Origin: an uncultured Phycisphaerales bacterium | GTDB lineage: Bacteria; Planctomycetota; Phycisphaerae; Tepidisphaerales; Tepidisphaeraceae | DNA length: 64,000 nt | Reading direction: 5' to 3' | Assembly: GCA_963758525.1 (NCBI GenBank) | Contig: CAVWVQ010000003.1 | Location: 3,136,001 to 3,200,000 of the forward strand | Shown here: piece by piece, positions 10,350-21,304 of the stretch | How positions within the stretch are numbered: the first letter of the stretch is position 1 | How the letters are laid out: every line of letters starts with the position of its first letter | Made by a program: the position numbers and the translations under genes | Notes under the pieces: model-generated | What the model saw: only the letters and a program-made list of their open reading frames with translations | Told to the model about the DNA's origin: nothing | The model's database searches: none

Positions 10350-10490
10350 AATCCCTCCTGCCGGATTGCACGCTCCCGGATGATGTAAGCCTGCCGAGCA
10401 GCGGCCGGCGAATCGCCGGGCGTGCGCGTTTCTCCCGGAGCGTCTGACTGTGCGTGCTGCCACTGCCGCATGCGGTTACAATCCGGCCCC

Positions 10491-11549
10491 ATGACATCGG
10501 TCGGCATTCAACATATCAGCAAACGATTCGCGGAATCCGTCGCGCTGGACGACATCAATCTTTCCATCGCGGCGGGGGAGCTGTTCTTTCTGCTCGGCCC
10601 CAGCGGCTGCGGGAAAAGCACGCTGCTCCGCATTATCGCGGGGCTGCAGGATGCGACCAGCGGGCAAATTCTCTTCAACGATCGTGACGTGACGCGGCTG
10701 GCGACGGAGAAGCGCAATGCGGTCATGTGCTTTCAGAGTTACGCGCTGTGGCCGCATATGACCGTGCGCGACAACGTGGGGTTCGGCCTGGAGACGCGCG
10801 GGTGGAGCAAGGAGCGTCGCGCGGCGAAAGTGGACGAAGTGCTGCGGCTCGTGCAGCTTGGGGCGCTGGGCGACCGCAAGCCCAACCAATTGTCGGGCGG
10901 GCAGCAGCAGCGGGTGGCGCTGGCGCGTGCGCTGGTGGTGAACCCCGACTGCCTGCTGCTGGATGAGCCATTGTCGAACCTGGACGCGCAGCTTCGCCAG
11001 GAGATGCGCGGGGAAATTCGTCGCATCTGCAAAACCGCCGGATTCACGACGATCTACGTCACGCACGATCAGCGCGAGGCGTTGAGCGTGGCGGATCGGA
11101 TCGCGCTGCTGCGGGGCGGGAAGTTGGCACAGGTCGGAACGCCCGAAGAACTCTATCACCGTCCGAACAGCAGTTTCGTGGCCCAATTTGTCGGACAGAC
11201 CAATCTCATTCCCGCGACAGTCGTCGAACGCAACGGGAGCGTGACCCGCGTGGCGACGCCGATGGGGCCGCTGTCGGCTGCGGCGAATGGGGAGTTGCCG
11301 GAGAAGGTGATCGCCAGCATTCGGCCGGAATGGCTGCGCATAGCGCGGGCGGGCGAGGCGGCGCGGGAGGGAGCCAACCGGTTTGAGGCGAAAGTGCTGG
11401 AGACGACATTTCTGGGCGAATCGAGCGAGCATCTTCTGCTGGCCGGCGAGCAGCGTCTGAAAATTTTCTGCGCTCCGCCGATTTTCGGTCCGCCCGAGTC
11501 GGTGACGGTTGAGGTTGATAGGCAGGACGTGGTTCTTCTGAAGGAATGA
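10491..11549 (+). CDS. ABC transporter ATP-binding protein, Fe3+/polyamine (FbpC/PotA) type
   Basis: GPSGCGKST, FQSYALWPHMTV, LSGGQQQRVALARAL, LLLDEPLSNLD, YVTHDQ, C-terminal TOBE-like region. Confidence 0.92.
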   Translation: MTSVGIQHISKRFAESVALDDINLSIAAGELFFLLGPSGCGKSTLLRIIAGLQDATSGQILFNDRDVTRLATEKRNAVMCFQSYALWPHMTVRDNVGFGLETRGWSKERRAAKVDEVLRLVQLGALGDRKPNQLSGGQQQRVALARALVVNPDCLLLDEPLSNLDAQLRQEMRGEIRRICKTAGFTTIYVTHDQREALSVADRIALLRGGKLAQVGTPEELYHRPNSSFVAQFVGQTNLIPATVVERNGSVTRVATPMGPLSAAANGELPEKVIASIRPEWLRIARAGEAAREGANRFEAKVLETTFLGESSEHLLLAGEQRLKIFCAPPIFGPPESVTVEVDRQDVVLLKE

Positions 11550-13083
11550 TGTACCGATCCGTTCTGGTCATTCTCTTTTTTGCGATGCTGCTGATGCCGG
11601 TGGTGCTCCGCCGGTTTTTGGTGCACGCGGAGATGTCGGCAACATCAGGCCCGCGGCTGGTGATTATTTCGCCGCACAATCAGGACATCCGCAGGGAATT
11701 CGCGCGCGCGTTCGACCGCTGGCATCGGGAGAAATACGGCACGGGCGTGACGATCGACTTCCGCACGCCCGGTGGAACCAACGACATCGAACGGCAGCTC
11801 AAAAGCACCTACGCCGCCTACCGCGACAAGTCAGGAAGGCTGCCGGACAACGTGCCGGCGGATGTAGATGTTGTACTGGGGGGCGGGGATTTCTTCTTCG
11901 ATCAGTTGAAGAATGAGGGATTGTTGCAGCCGATGCACATTGATCCGGCGCTGCTAAAGGCCGCGTTTCCCTCTGCCGCGCTGGCGGGCGTCAAGTTGTA
12001 CGACAAAAACGTCGACGCGCAGGGCCTGCCGGCGCCGCGATGGGTGGGAGTCTGTCTCAGCGGCTTTGGCATCATCTACAATCCCGAGCTTTACGAAACG
12101 CTGCAGATGCCACCGCCAAAGGGATGGCACGATCTGACCGATCCGCGCCTGAACGGGCTCATAGGGCTTGCCGATCCTTCCCACAGCGCGTCTGTCGGAG
12201 CCGCATTCATGATGGTGCTGCAGCGCGCGATGGCGGATGCGGAGGAGGACCTCTTCGCCAGCGAACCGCGTTATGTGACGATGCCCGCCGCCCAGCGCGC
12301 GACCGACGCGCAATACCAGTCAGCGATTGGCCGCGGATGGAAACGCGGGATGCACGACCTGACGCTGATCGCGGCCAATGCCCGCTATTTCGTTGATTCC
12401 TCGGAGATTGTTCCGACCGACGTTTCGCGTGGAGAAGCGGCCGCGGGAATGGCGATCGACTTTTACGCGCACGTGACCGAGCACGTCGTGGGGCCGGCGC
12501 GGCGCAGTTTGTGTTGCCGGCGCACGCGACGGCAATCACCCCCGACCCGGTGGCGATTTTGCTGGGCGTGAAGGGCGAGCGGCTGGAGCTTGCCAGGCAT
12601 TTTGTCGAATTTCTCCTTTCGAAACAGGGACAGTTGCTCTGGGCGTTGCCGGTGGGGGCGGAGAACGGGCCGACGGTGCGGGCATTGCTGCGCCCGCCGA
12701 TCCGGCAGGATGTCTATGCCGATCGGCAGGGGTGGGAGACTCTGGGAAATCCGTTCACACAGGCGGGGAATTTCAATCAACGGGGGGAATGGATGGCGCT
12801 GTTTACCGACTCGCGGACAATCTGGGCTGCCGCGTGGATCGATAATCGCGACGAGATGAAGAAGGCATACGCCAGCGTGTTGTCCGAGTCGGACGCGAAG
12901 TTGCGGGCAGTGCTGATCGACCGGTTTGCTGATCTGCCGATCGAGATGAGCGACGTGGCGGCGATGACCGCGCTGCGGGCGAAGCTGCCGGCGGAGCAGG
13001 TGGACGTTTGGCGGGCGCGGAGCCGAATCGACTGGGAGGAGAAGTTTCGCGCCCATTACCGCGCGGTGGAGGCACGGGAATGA
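11546..13083 (+). CDS. ABC transporter extracellular solute-binding protein; apparent frameshift near 12500
   Basis: LVIISPHNQDIRREF, DVVLGGG, ADPSHSAS, GMAIDFYA in ORF 11546; continues TAITPDPVAILLG...ARHFVEFLLSKQGQLLW in ORF 12511-13083. Confidence 0.85.
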
Positions 13084-14800
13084 CCGGCCAAGGCCAACGG
13101 GACCGCGGGATGCACCTGGTGATGGCGGGATTTCTCCTGCTGTTTTTCGCGGTGCTGCTCATCTGGCCGATCCTCCAGGTGGTCGGCAGCGGATTTGCCG
13201 CGCCGGGCGGCGGCTTCACGCTCGCGTACATCGGACTTGTTTTCAGGGATCCGGTGTTGGTGCGCGGGCTGATAAACGCCATATCCATTGCAATTGTTGT
13301 GACGTCGATCACATTGGCGATATCGCTGCCGCTGGCGATTCTGAGCGTGCGGTATCAGTTCCGTGGCCGCGGCGCGCTGTCGAGCCTGCTGCTGGTGCCG
13401 CTGGTGCTCCCGCCGTTCGTGGGTGCGATCGGCATGAGGATGGTGCTGGGGCGGTTCGGGCCGTTGACGCAGCTTGTGGGAGCGCCGCCGCTGGGAATCG
13501 ACTGGATGGGCCGCTTCCGCGTGGCCGGAATCATCATTGTCGAAGTGCTGCATCTGTATCCGATCATGCTGCTCAACCTGCAGGCGTCGCTGTCGAACGT
13601 CGACCCGGCGATGGAACAGGCGGCGGCCAATCTCGGCGCGGGCGCTGGCGGGTCTTCCGGCGGGTGACGCTGCCGCTGCTGCGGCCGGGGTTGTTCGCGG
13701 GATGCACCCTCGTGCTGATCTGGAGCTTCACGGAATTGGGGACGCCGCTGATGTTCGATTTCTACACCATCACTCCCGTCCAGTTATTCCGACAGGTGCT
13801 GGAGGTCTCTTCCAATCCGATGCCGTTCGCGCTGGTAACCGTCATGCTGGCCGCGTCGTCGCTGCTGTACCTGGTGGGGAAAGTGGCGCTTGGAAGATCG
13901 CTGGACGCGACGGTTGGAAAAGCGACCGTCGCCGCCGCTCCGCGCCGCCTGCGCGGGTGGCGGGAGCTGCTGGCGTTTGGCGCGTTCGCGCTGCTCTTCG
14001 CCCTGGCGGTGGTGCCGCACATGGCTGTCATCATCACCAGCCTGACGGCGACCGGGCAGTGGTACAAATCGTTCCTGCCGGCGCAGTTCACCTTCGCGCA
14101 TTTCGGACAGGCGCTGGCCGACAACCTCGCGTTTCCCAGCGTGATGCGCTCGATCGAATATGCCTCGCTCGCGACGCTGCTGGCAGTAGCCGTCGGACTC
14201 TCGGCGGCGATCGTGATCGTCCGCAGCAACCTCCGCATACGCGGGCTGATCGATACCCTCTCGATGCTCCCGCTGGCCGTGCCGGGGCTGGTGCTGTCGT
14301 TCGGATATCTGGCCATCAGCGTCGGCGCGAAGCGGACCCTTGGGACCCATACCCCAGCATTTCTCGACGTGCAGGAATTCCCGCTGGTCGTATTGGTCCT
14401 CGCATATGCCGCGAGAAGACTTCCGTACGTGGTGAGGTCCGCCGTTGCCGGGCTGGAGCAGACCCCAAGAGATCTCGAACTGGCGGCGGCGAATCTCGGA
14501 GCGGGGCGCATTTCCGTGCTCCGGCGGATCACCGCGCCGCTGATCCTGGCAAATCTGATTGCCGGCGCCCTGCTGGCGTTTTCGTTCGCGATGCTGGAAG
14601 TGAGCGACTCGCTGCTGCTGGCGCAGCGGAGCAATTACTATCCGATCACCAAGGCCATCCTCGATCTCTCCCAACGGCTCGGCGACGGAATCTACATTGC
14701 CAGCGCCCTGGGCGTCTGGGCGATGGTGCTGTTGACGCTGACGATTCTGATCGCCAACTCGATGCTCGCGAAAAAGATGGGGGCGATTTTCCGGGTTTAA
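13080..14800 (+). CDS. Iron(III)-type ABC transporter permease (two TM modules); apparent frameshift near 13645
   Basis: ATGA overlap with upstream gene; EAA-like loops MEQAAANLGA and LELAAANLGA; PLVLPPFVGA, PLAVPGLVL. Confidence 0.88.
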
Positions 14801-14815
14801 CATGGTGATGAGTTC

Positions 14816-14903
14816 AACGCCGAGCGGTGCTTGCACCCTCGGTTCTTTGGTTTTATCGCGTTCGATGCCGGGGGGAACCGAGGGTGCAAGCACCCTCGGC
14901 GTT
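14816..14903. repeat. REPIN-like inverted repeat pair between convergent genes
   Basis: aacgccgag(c)ggtgcttgcaccctcggttc 14816-14845 / gaaccgagggtgcaagcaccctcggcgtt 14875-14903; each arm is itself palindromic. Confidence 0.75.
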
Positions 14904-14952
14904 CGAGGCGTCTGAGCTTTTCGCAGACCCCGCGCAGATCCTGTCGGATTGC

Positions 14953-17148
14953 TCACCGCAGAAACGCCTCATGCAATCCGCCGTCCACGGTGATGACCTG
15001 GCCGGTGGTCTTGCTCAGGCGATTACTCACAAGCAGGAAATACGCTTCCGCCTGGTCGGCGGGCGTGATCGGAGACTTCGTCAACGTCCTGTCCGCGTAG
15101 AACTGTGCGAGCTTGGATACCAATGATTCGGTCGCTTCGTCGTCCTTGTAGGGGATCTTGTATTTCGCGAGCGAGCCGATGACGCGATCTCTTGGGAACA
15201 TGGCGCTTCCCTGCACGACGGTGGCTGGCGCTACGCCGTTCACGCGGACGAGGGGGGCGAGTTCCATCGCCAGCTCGCGCACCAGATGATTGGCGGCGGC
15301 TTTGGAGGTGTCGTACGCGAGGCTGCCTTTCTTCGCCACAGCGGCGTTGGCGCTGGTGGTGAGCACCAGGTTTCCGCGCAGGCCCTGTTCCTTCCACATC
15401 TTTGACGCTTCGTCGGCAACGAGGTAGCTGCCGGTGACGTTGATGTTGAAGGTCAGCGCCCACTTGTCGTCGGGGATGTGACCGGTGGTGTCGCTGGGAA
15501 CAAAGATGCCGGCGGTGACGCAGATGTGGTCGAACCCGCCGTAGGCGAGGGTGACCTGATCGAGCATGTTGCGGATGCTGTCGCGTTTGGTGATGTCTGC
15601 CGCGAGTCCGACGGCCGGGCCGCAGCCGCTGATGCCGCTGCCGGCGACACCGATGCCGACGCCGTGCTTCGACTCAATTTCCTTTGCGGTGGCCTCGGCG
15701 GCTTCCTTGTTGAGATCGACGCTGACGATGTGTGCGCCTTCCTTCACCAGGCGATGAGCGGTTTCCTTGCCGATGCCGCTCCCGGCGCCAATAACAACCA
15801 CGATCTGCCGGGCCAGCTCCTTCTCGGCAGGCATGCGTTTGAGCTTGGCTTCCTCGAGAAGCCAGTATTCGATGTCGAAGGCTTCCTGCTGCGGCAATGC
15901 AATATATTCGTCGATCGCCTCGGCGCCGCGCATGACTTCGACGGCGCAGTTGTAAAACTCAGCGGTGACGCGCGATTCGGATTTGTCCTTGCCCCAGGCG
16001 ATCATGCCAAGGCCGGGGATGAGCACGACCGTCGGATTGGGATCGCGCATGGCAGGGGAATTCGGGTGCTTGCAGCGCTCGTAATATTTCGCGTAATCCT
16101 GGCGGTATTTCACCAGCCCGTCGGCCAGCTTCTGTTTCAGCGACGCCACGTCGTCCTTCTGCGGATTCCAATCGACGTAGAGCGGCTTGATCTTGGTGCG
16201 GAGGAAATGATCGGGGCAGCTTGTTCCCAGCTCCGAAAGACGGGGCGCGTCCTTGCTGTTGACGAAGCGAAGAATCTTCTCGTCCTCTTGGACGGTGCCG
16301 ACGAATCGCTTCTGCTGACTGACCTGGCCGCGGAGCCAGGGAAGAATCTGCGCGAGCACCTCATGGCGCTTGTCCTCGGCAAGGCTTTGATACTTCGCGC
16401 CGCCAAATGCCTTGGCGTCGCCGCCCTTGGCCTGATATTTCTCGTCGATGTGCCTGGAGGCTTTCTCGATGAAGCGGAGCGTCTCGTAGTAGCATTTCTT
16501 GTCGTCATCGTCCCAGGAAATGAAGCCGTGCTGGCCCATCATGATGGCGCGCACGCCGGGATTTTTTGCAGCAATGTCCTGCATCGCCAGGCCCAACTCG
16601 AAGCCGGGCCGAATCCACCGGACGTACGCCATTTCGCTGCCGAAGATTTCCTTTGTGAGCTTCTCGCAATTCTTGCTGGCGGCAACGGCAATAATCGCGT
16701 TCGGATGCATGTGATCGACGTGCTTGCCGGTGAGAAAGCTGTGCAAAGGCGTATCGATCGAGCTGGCGCGGGGATTGAGGTTGAAGGTGGTGTGGAAATA
16801 CATCTCCACCATGTCATCCTCCGCCTGCGACTTGATGCCCTTATCAGTGCGGGCGGCATAGACATTGCGGAGATCGAGCAGTTTATTCTGGTAGAGGGAG
16901 GAGAAATTCTCGCGCTTGCTGGTGCGGAGGTCGCCGCCCGACCCCTTCACCCAGAGCACTTCGGTTTTGGCTCCGCTGAGTGGATCCTTCTCCTGGATTT
17001 TTGACGACGTGTTGCCACCGCCGGTGTTGGTGATGCGCTGATCCGAGCCGAGAAGATTGGAGCGGTAGACGAGCCGGGCGACGGGGTCGAGTGTTGCGGC
17101 GTTTACATCATCCCATCGGTCGTTGACGAATTTGAAGTCGGTGCTCAT
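14953..17148 (-). CDS. rhaD: Bifunctional rhamnulose-1-phosphate aldolase / short-chain dehydrogenase
   Basis: TNTGGGNTSSK, WVKGSGGDL, SIDTPLH, VDHMHP, GTSCPDHFLRTKI, FDIEYWLLEEAKL followed by SDR GAGSGIG and YDTSKAA. Confidence 0.92.
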   Translation of the reverse strand: MSTDFKFVNDRWDDVNAATLDPVARLVYRSNLLGSDQRITNTGGGNTSSKIQEKDPLSGAKTEVLWVKGSGGDLRTSKRENFSSLYQNKLLDLRNVYAARTDKGIKSQAEDDMVEMYFHTTFNLNPRASSIDTPLHSFLTGKHVDHMHPNAIIAVAASKNCEKLTKEIFGSEMAYVRWIRPGFELGLAMQDIAAKNPGVRAIMMGQHGFISWDDDDKKCYYETLRFIEKASRHIDEKYQAKGGDAKAFGGAKYQSLAEDKRHEVLAQILPWLRGQVSQQKRFVGTVQEDEKILRFVNSKDAPRLSELGTSCPDHFLRTKIKPLYVDWNPQKDDVASLKQKLADGLVKYRQDYAKYYERCKHPNSPAMRDPNPTVVLIPGLGMIAWGKDKSESRVTAEFYNCAVEVMRGAEAIDEYIALPQQEAFDIEYWLLEEAKLKRMPAEKELARQIVVVIGAGSGIGKETAHRLVKEGAHIVSVDLNKEAAEATAKEIESKHGVGIGVAGSGISGCGPAVGLAADITKRDSIRNMLDQVTLAYGGFDHICVTAGIFVPSDTTGHIPDDKWALTFNINVTGSYLVADEASKMWKEQGLRGNLVLTTSANAAVAKKGSLAYDTSKAAANHLVRELAMELAPLVRVNGVAPATVVQGSAMFPRDRVIGSLAKYKIPYKDDEATESLVSKLAQFYADRTLTKSPITPADQAEAYFLLVSNRLSKTTGQVITVDGGLHEAFLR

Positions 17149-17426
17149 GTTTGCGCCATCCAATCAAAAAAGAGGGCCTCGGTTCCAGGGAAGGAGACAC
17201 GACGGGACAGAATTTGTCGGGATCCGCCTTGAGCCCGCGCTGCCGGACGCGTCCCTTCCTCCGGGCGCATTTTAACGCAAAAGCCGAGTAGCACGCCAGA
17301 CAAGGGCGCCAAAATCATATCGACGCGTGTGTCCCGGCGTGCCCGGCAGCCATTGGGTGTCGTGCCCGACTTATTTTCCCGGTCCAGCCCCCACCCTAGT
17401 GGGTCATTCCCGTCGAGACTGCGGGT

Positions 17427-17557
17427 CTGTGGGGCGGGATTCATCCCGCCGCCTCACGGACTGCGGCGGGATGAATCCCGCCCTGCAGCTGTAGCCGGCG
17501 GCGCTGACGCCGGAGAATCGTGAAGGAGAAATCCCGGGGTCAGCGCCCCGACTACAG
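17427..17557. repeat. Two adjacent REPIN-like doublets (GTGG/GTAG-headed)
   Basis: ctgtggggcgggattcatcccgccgc 17427-17452 / gcggcgggatgaatcccgccctgcag 17463-17488; ctgtagccggcggcgctgacgccgga 17489-17514 / tcccggggtcagcgccccgactacag 17532-17557. Confidence 0.75.
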
Positions 17558-17605
17558 AGTCAAATAGCAATCCCCGGATATTCGCGCACGCCCCCCGTCA
17601 GCATT

Positions 17606-17628
17606 CAAATGCAATTAAATTGCATTTG
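17606..17628. promoter_or_regulatory. Perfect AT-rich palindrome, candidate Fur-family (Zur-like) operator
   Basis: CAAATGCAAT-TAA-ATTGCATTTG (10-3-10), core TGCAA-N5-TTGCA, about 50 bp upstream of the DUF318 permease start. Confidence 0.6.
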
Positions 17629-18901
17629 CTAATGAGTTGCGTATATATTCGCCGCGTTGGCAGAGGCAGGAAGCTGGACATGGCGAATATGTATTACACG
17701 TTCCTGCTGCGATTCAGCCAGTCGGCGCTGGATGCCTCGCTCACGTTGGTCATGGGCGTGATTGTGGCTGGGATCATTCGCCGAATGGTGGGTCCGGTGG
17801 CGACTCGCCGGTTGTTTGGGAGCGGGTGGACCGGCTCACTGCGCGGATGGGGGGCGGGCATGCTTCTGCCGGTTTGCTCGCTGGGTGTGATTCCGGTGGC
17901 TCGCGAATTGAGACGATCGGGCGTCCCGGGCGGAACCGTGCTGGCGTTCGTGCTGACGGGGCCACTCCTCAATCCAATCTCATTCCTCTATGGGCTGACT
18001 CTCGGCGAGCCACGGGTCATCCTCACCTTCGCAGGGATCACCCTGGCAGAGACCGCCGTGGTGGCCTATTTGTGGGATGCATGGTTCGGGGGCTCCGCGG
18101 ACAAGGCGAAAGCAGTGGAACGGGCGCGGATCGCCGACGCCTTGCCGATGCCCGCCGTCGGTGCGAGGCGAATCCTCTCGGTGCTGGTGACCGCATCCCG
18201 TGAATTGTCCGGCGCGACATTTTTTACTACCTGATCGGTCTTCTGGGCAATGCGATCCTGTCGTCGTTCATTCCTTTCGCGGCGCTTCAGAAAACGATGG
18301 GCCATCATGACATGAAGGCGCCGTTGGAAATGGTGTTTCTTTCGATTCCCGCTTACATCTCACCGCTCTCGGGCATGGTGCGGATCGGGTCGATGTTCGA
18401 GCACGGCAATTCCATTGGGGCGGCGTTCGTGTTGCTCGTGCTGGGGATTGGAATGTGCCTGGGCACGCTGTTGTGGATGCTCAATGACTTTGGCCGAAAG
18501 ATTATCCCCTGGTTCGGAATTTACGTTTTGATTGTGCTGGGGCTTGCCTATGCCTGTGAACCACTGCTTTGGGATTCGCGAAAAGTTGAAGTGGACCACA
18601 CGCACAGCTTCGACGATCTCTCCAGCCCGTTCTACAGCAACCGGGATTCAACGCCAGAAAAGATGCGCGCCCTGGTGCGGATCAAGCTTCGCGAGAAGTT
18701 CCAGCCGTCCGAACAATTGGCTCTGACGTGCCTGTTTGCTCTGCTGGCAAGCGGCATCGTGCTGCGAGCCGTCGACCCGGCCGACAAGATCGAAACATGG
18801 CTGACCGCTCGTCCCAAGGCAGGCAGGCGGGGCAGGCGCGACCCGGTCTTGTCGGGAACAGCGCTCGGCGGCGCGGCCATCAGCGGTCTGGTCGCATTTA
18901 G

Positions 18902-20940
18902 CCCAAGTTACGCATCGAATCCCTTGACGATTTAAATTTCCGGGTGGCGACCGTCGCTGTGCGCCGCCGATGCGCTCGGAATGATCCGCACGTAAAATAC
19001 GTGTGTAGTGAAAAAGAGCACTGCTTGAACTCCACCGAAAACGCGGTATTTCTTGTCGCGTCGGCAAAGGAGTCGCCATGTTTCTTCGCAGGATCCGACC
19101 ACGGGGCAAGGGACGCCGCCAGGAGTACTGGGTGCTGCTGGAGAGCTGTCGCACCGCCAGGGGGTCGCGGCACCGGGTGGTTGCTTATCTCGGTAAGCTG
19201 TCGGCCAGGGAAGTCAGTGGATGGCAGAAGCTTGCCGGGCGGGTGGAGGGCAGGGCACTCCCGGGGCCGGGACTGTTTGATCCGCCGATCGACGAGAGCT
19301 TTGACGAGGTTGCCTGCGTCGAATTGAAGAACATCCGCCTGCAGAATGTTCGGGAGTTCGGGCAGGTCTATCTCGCGTGGGTATTGTGGCGGATGCTCGG
19401 GCTGGACCGGCTGCTCCGCGGCCTGATGCCGCGCGGGCTGGAAGAGGTGCCGTGGAGCGTGACGGCGTCGATCCTCTGTATCGCAAGATTCTGTTATCCC
19501 TCCAGCGAGCTGTACATCGAGCGGCACTTTTATCCCAAGTCGGCCTTGGCCGATCTGCTGGACGTGACGGCGGCGCAGGTGCAGACCGACCGGCTCTACC
19601 GGGGACTGGATCATCTGCTCAAGCAGAAGAAGGCGGTCGAGCAACACCTGCGGCAACGCATGGGACAGCTGTTCGATCTCTCGTTCGACATCCTGCTGTA
19701 CGATCTGACCAGCACATACTTCGAGGGTTCTTGTGCCGCCAATCCGATGGCCAGGCGGGGCTACTCGCGTGACAGCCGGCCCGACTGCCCGCAGGTGGTG
19801 ATCGCCCTGATCGTCACGACCGATGGGTATCCGCTGGGCTACGAGGTGTTCGACGGGAACACCGCCGATTCCACCACCGTGCAGCAGGTCGTGGAAAAGG
19901 TCGAGAGCGAGCACGGCAAATCGCAGCGGATCTGGGTGATGGACCGGGGCAACGTCTCGCAGGCCAATCTCTCGTTCATCCGCGAGCGCGGCGGCCAGTA
20001 CATCGTCGGCACGCCCAAGGCGATGCTGCGGCAGGTGCAGGGCGAACTCGGCGCAGAGGGTTGGAAGCAGGTGCGTGAGGGAATCGCGGTGAAGGTCGTG
20101 CGCTGCGAGGATTCAGACAAGGTCGATGCCAGCGAGACGCTGGTGCTCTGCCGCAGCGAAGATCGGGTGAACAAGGAATCAGCGATGCTCGACCGCTTCA
20201 TCAAACGCATGGAAGAAGCACTGACGGCGATGAGCAAGTCGGCTGCCAGCGGCCGGCTCAAGGATGCATCGGCCGCTCACGAGCGACTGGGTCGCCTGCG
20301 GGAAAAGAACTGGCGGGCGGGCGCCTGCTTCGACGTGAAGATCGCCGAGAGCGACGGCAAGCTCTCGATCACCTGGACCCGCGACGAGCAGGCGAAGCGC
20401 GACCTGTGCGGCTGCTATCTGCTCCGCACGAACATGCCGCAAGCCGACCCGGTCCAACTGTGGCAGCAGTACATTCAACTGGTTGATGCCGAGTGGGCGT
20501 TTCGAATTACCAAAGACGAATTGGAACTGCGTCCGATCTGGCATCAACACCAAGAACGCGTGCAGGCCCACATCCTGGTCTGCTTCATCGCCTACGCGAT
20601 GTGGAAGACGCTGGGCGGCTGGATGAAGGCCAGCGGCCTGGGTGATTCGCCGCGCGAACTGTTGGAAGAGATGGCCGCCGTGAAGAGCGGCGACGTGCTG
20701 CTCACGACGCGCACCGCCGACGGCTCGGCCGGACAAAGCCTGTTGATCCGATGCGTCACTCAGCCCGACGAGCACACGGCGGTGCTGCTCAACCGGCTGG
20801 GCATTGAACTGCCGAATCATCTGCGGCGTGAACGGCTTGAACTCCCGGCGTCCGTCGCCGAAGTCTGCGCGATGTAGTGAAAAAAAGTGTTCGAAAACCG
20901 CCGTCGCATTTCAAAAACGCGGTTTACTGCGTAACTTGGG
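18902..20940 (+). mobile_element. IS1634-family insertion sequence
   Basis: Terminal IRs CCCAAGTTACGCA / TGCGTAACTTGGG (13 bp perfect); TTAG duplicated at 18898-18901 and 20941-20944. Confidence 0.9.
19078..20877 (+). CDS. IS1634-family DDE transposase
   Basis: 599 aa; LLYDLTSTYFEG, GYSRDSRPD, VFDGNTAD, WVMDRG, AEWAFRITK, LRPIWHQ...RVQAHILVCFIAY. Confidence 0.93.
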   Translation: MFLRRIRPRGKGRRQEYWVLLESCRTARGSRHRVVAYLGKLSAREVSGWQKLAGRVEGRALPGPGLFDPPIDESFDEVACVELKNIRLQNVREFGQVYLAWVLWRMLGLDRLLRGLMPRGLEEVPWSVTASILCIARFCYPSSELYIERHFYPKSALADLLDVTAAQVQTDRLYRGLDHLLKQKKAVEQHLRQRMGQLFDLSFDILLYDLTSTYFEGSCAANPMARRGYSRDSRPDCPQVVIALIVTTDGYPLGYEVFDGNTADSTTVQQVVEKVESEHGKSQRIWVMDRGNVSQANLSFIRERGGQYIVGTPKAMLRQVQGELGAEGWKQVREGIAVKVVRCEDSDKVDASETLVLCRSEDRVNKESAMLDRFIKRMEEALTAMSKSAASGRLKDASAAHERLGRLREKNWRAGACFDVKIAESDGKLSITWTRDEQAKRDLCGCYLLRTNMPQADPVQLWQQYIQLVDAEWAFRITKDELELRPIWHQHQERVQAHILVCFIAYAMWKTLGGWMKASGLGDSPRELLEEMAAVKSGDVLLTTRTADGSAGQSLLIRCVTQPDEHTAVLLNRLGIELPNHLRRERLELPASVAEVCAM

Positions 20941-21304
20941 TTAGCGTCATCGGCGCCTACGTCTATTTTCCCAGGCGAGAATTTTGCCTGGAGCGGATGG
21001 GTTATCTGGCGGCAGACGCAAGAGATTTCGCCCGGCAGGGGGAGGCGGATGAATCGATTAAATGCCTGGAACAGTGGGATCTGGTGGCGCGGCAACTGCA
21101 GGTGGGGGTGTACATCCGCGAGTTTGGGGTCACTGCCGAGCAGGCAAAGCGCGTGGACGACCTGCGCGAGGCGATCGAGGCGGTGCGCGACGACCTGCGG
21201 GCAAGAAAAATAGACGAAGCCAATCGAAGGCTCAATGACGTCATTTTTTTTGGGGAATACAAGGCGTGCAAGGAGTGCTACGCGCAAAAAGCGGGGAAAC
21301 GAAT

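Noticed and set aside
9535..10420. tRNA-Val as the attachment site of an integrated island
   Set aside because: No integrase in the window and I found no duplicate of the tRNA 3' end; the TA remnant lies on the tRNA 5' side
15478..17004. 508-aa plus-strand ORF (and similar long antisense ORFs over pnp, the IS transposase and the DnaJ-class gene)
   Set aside because: Shadow ORFs expected in high-GC DNA opposite well-supported genes
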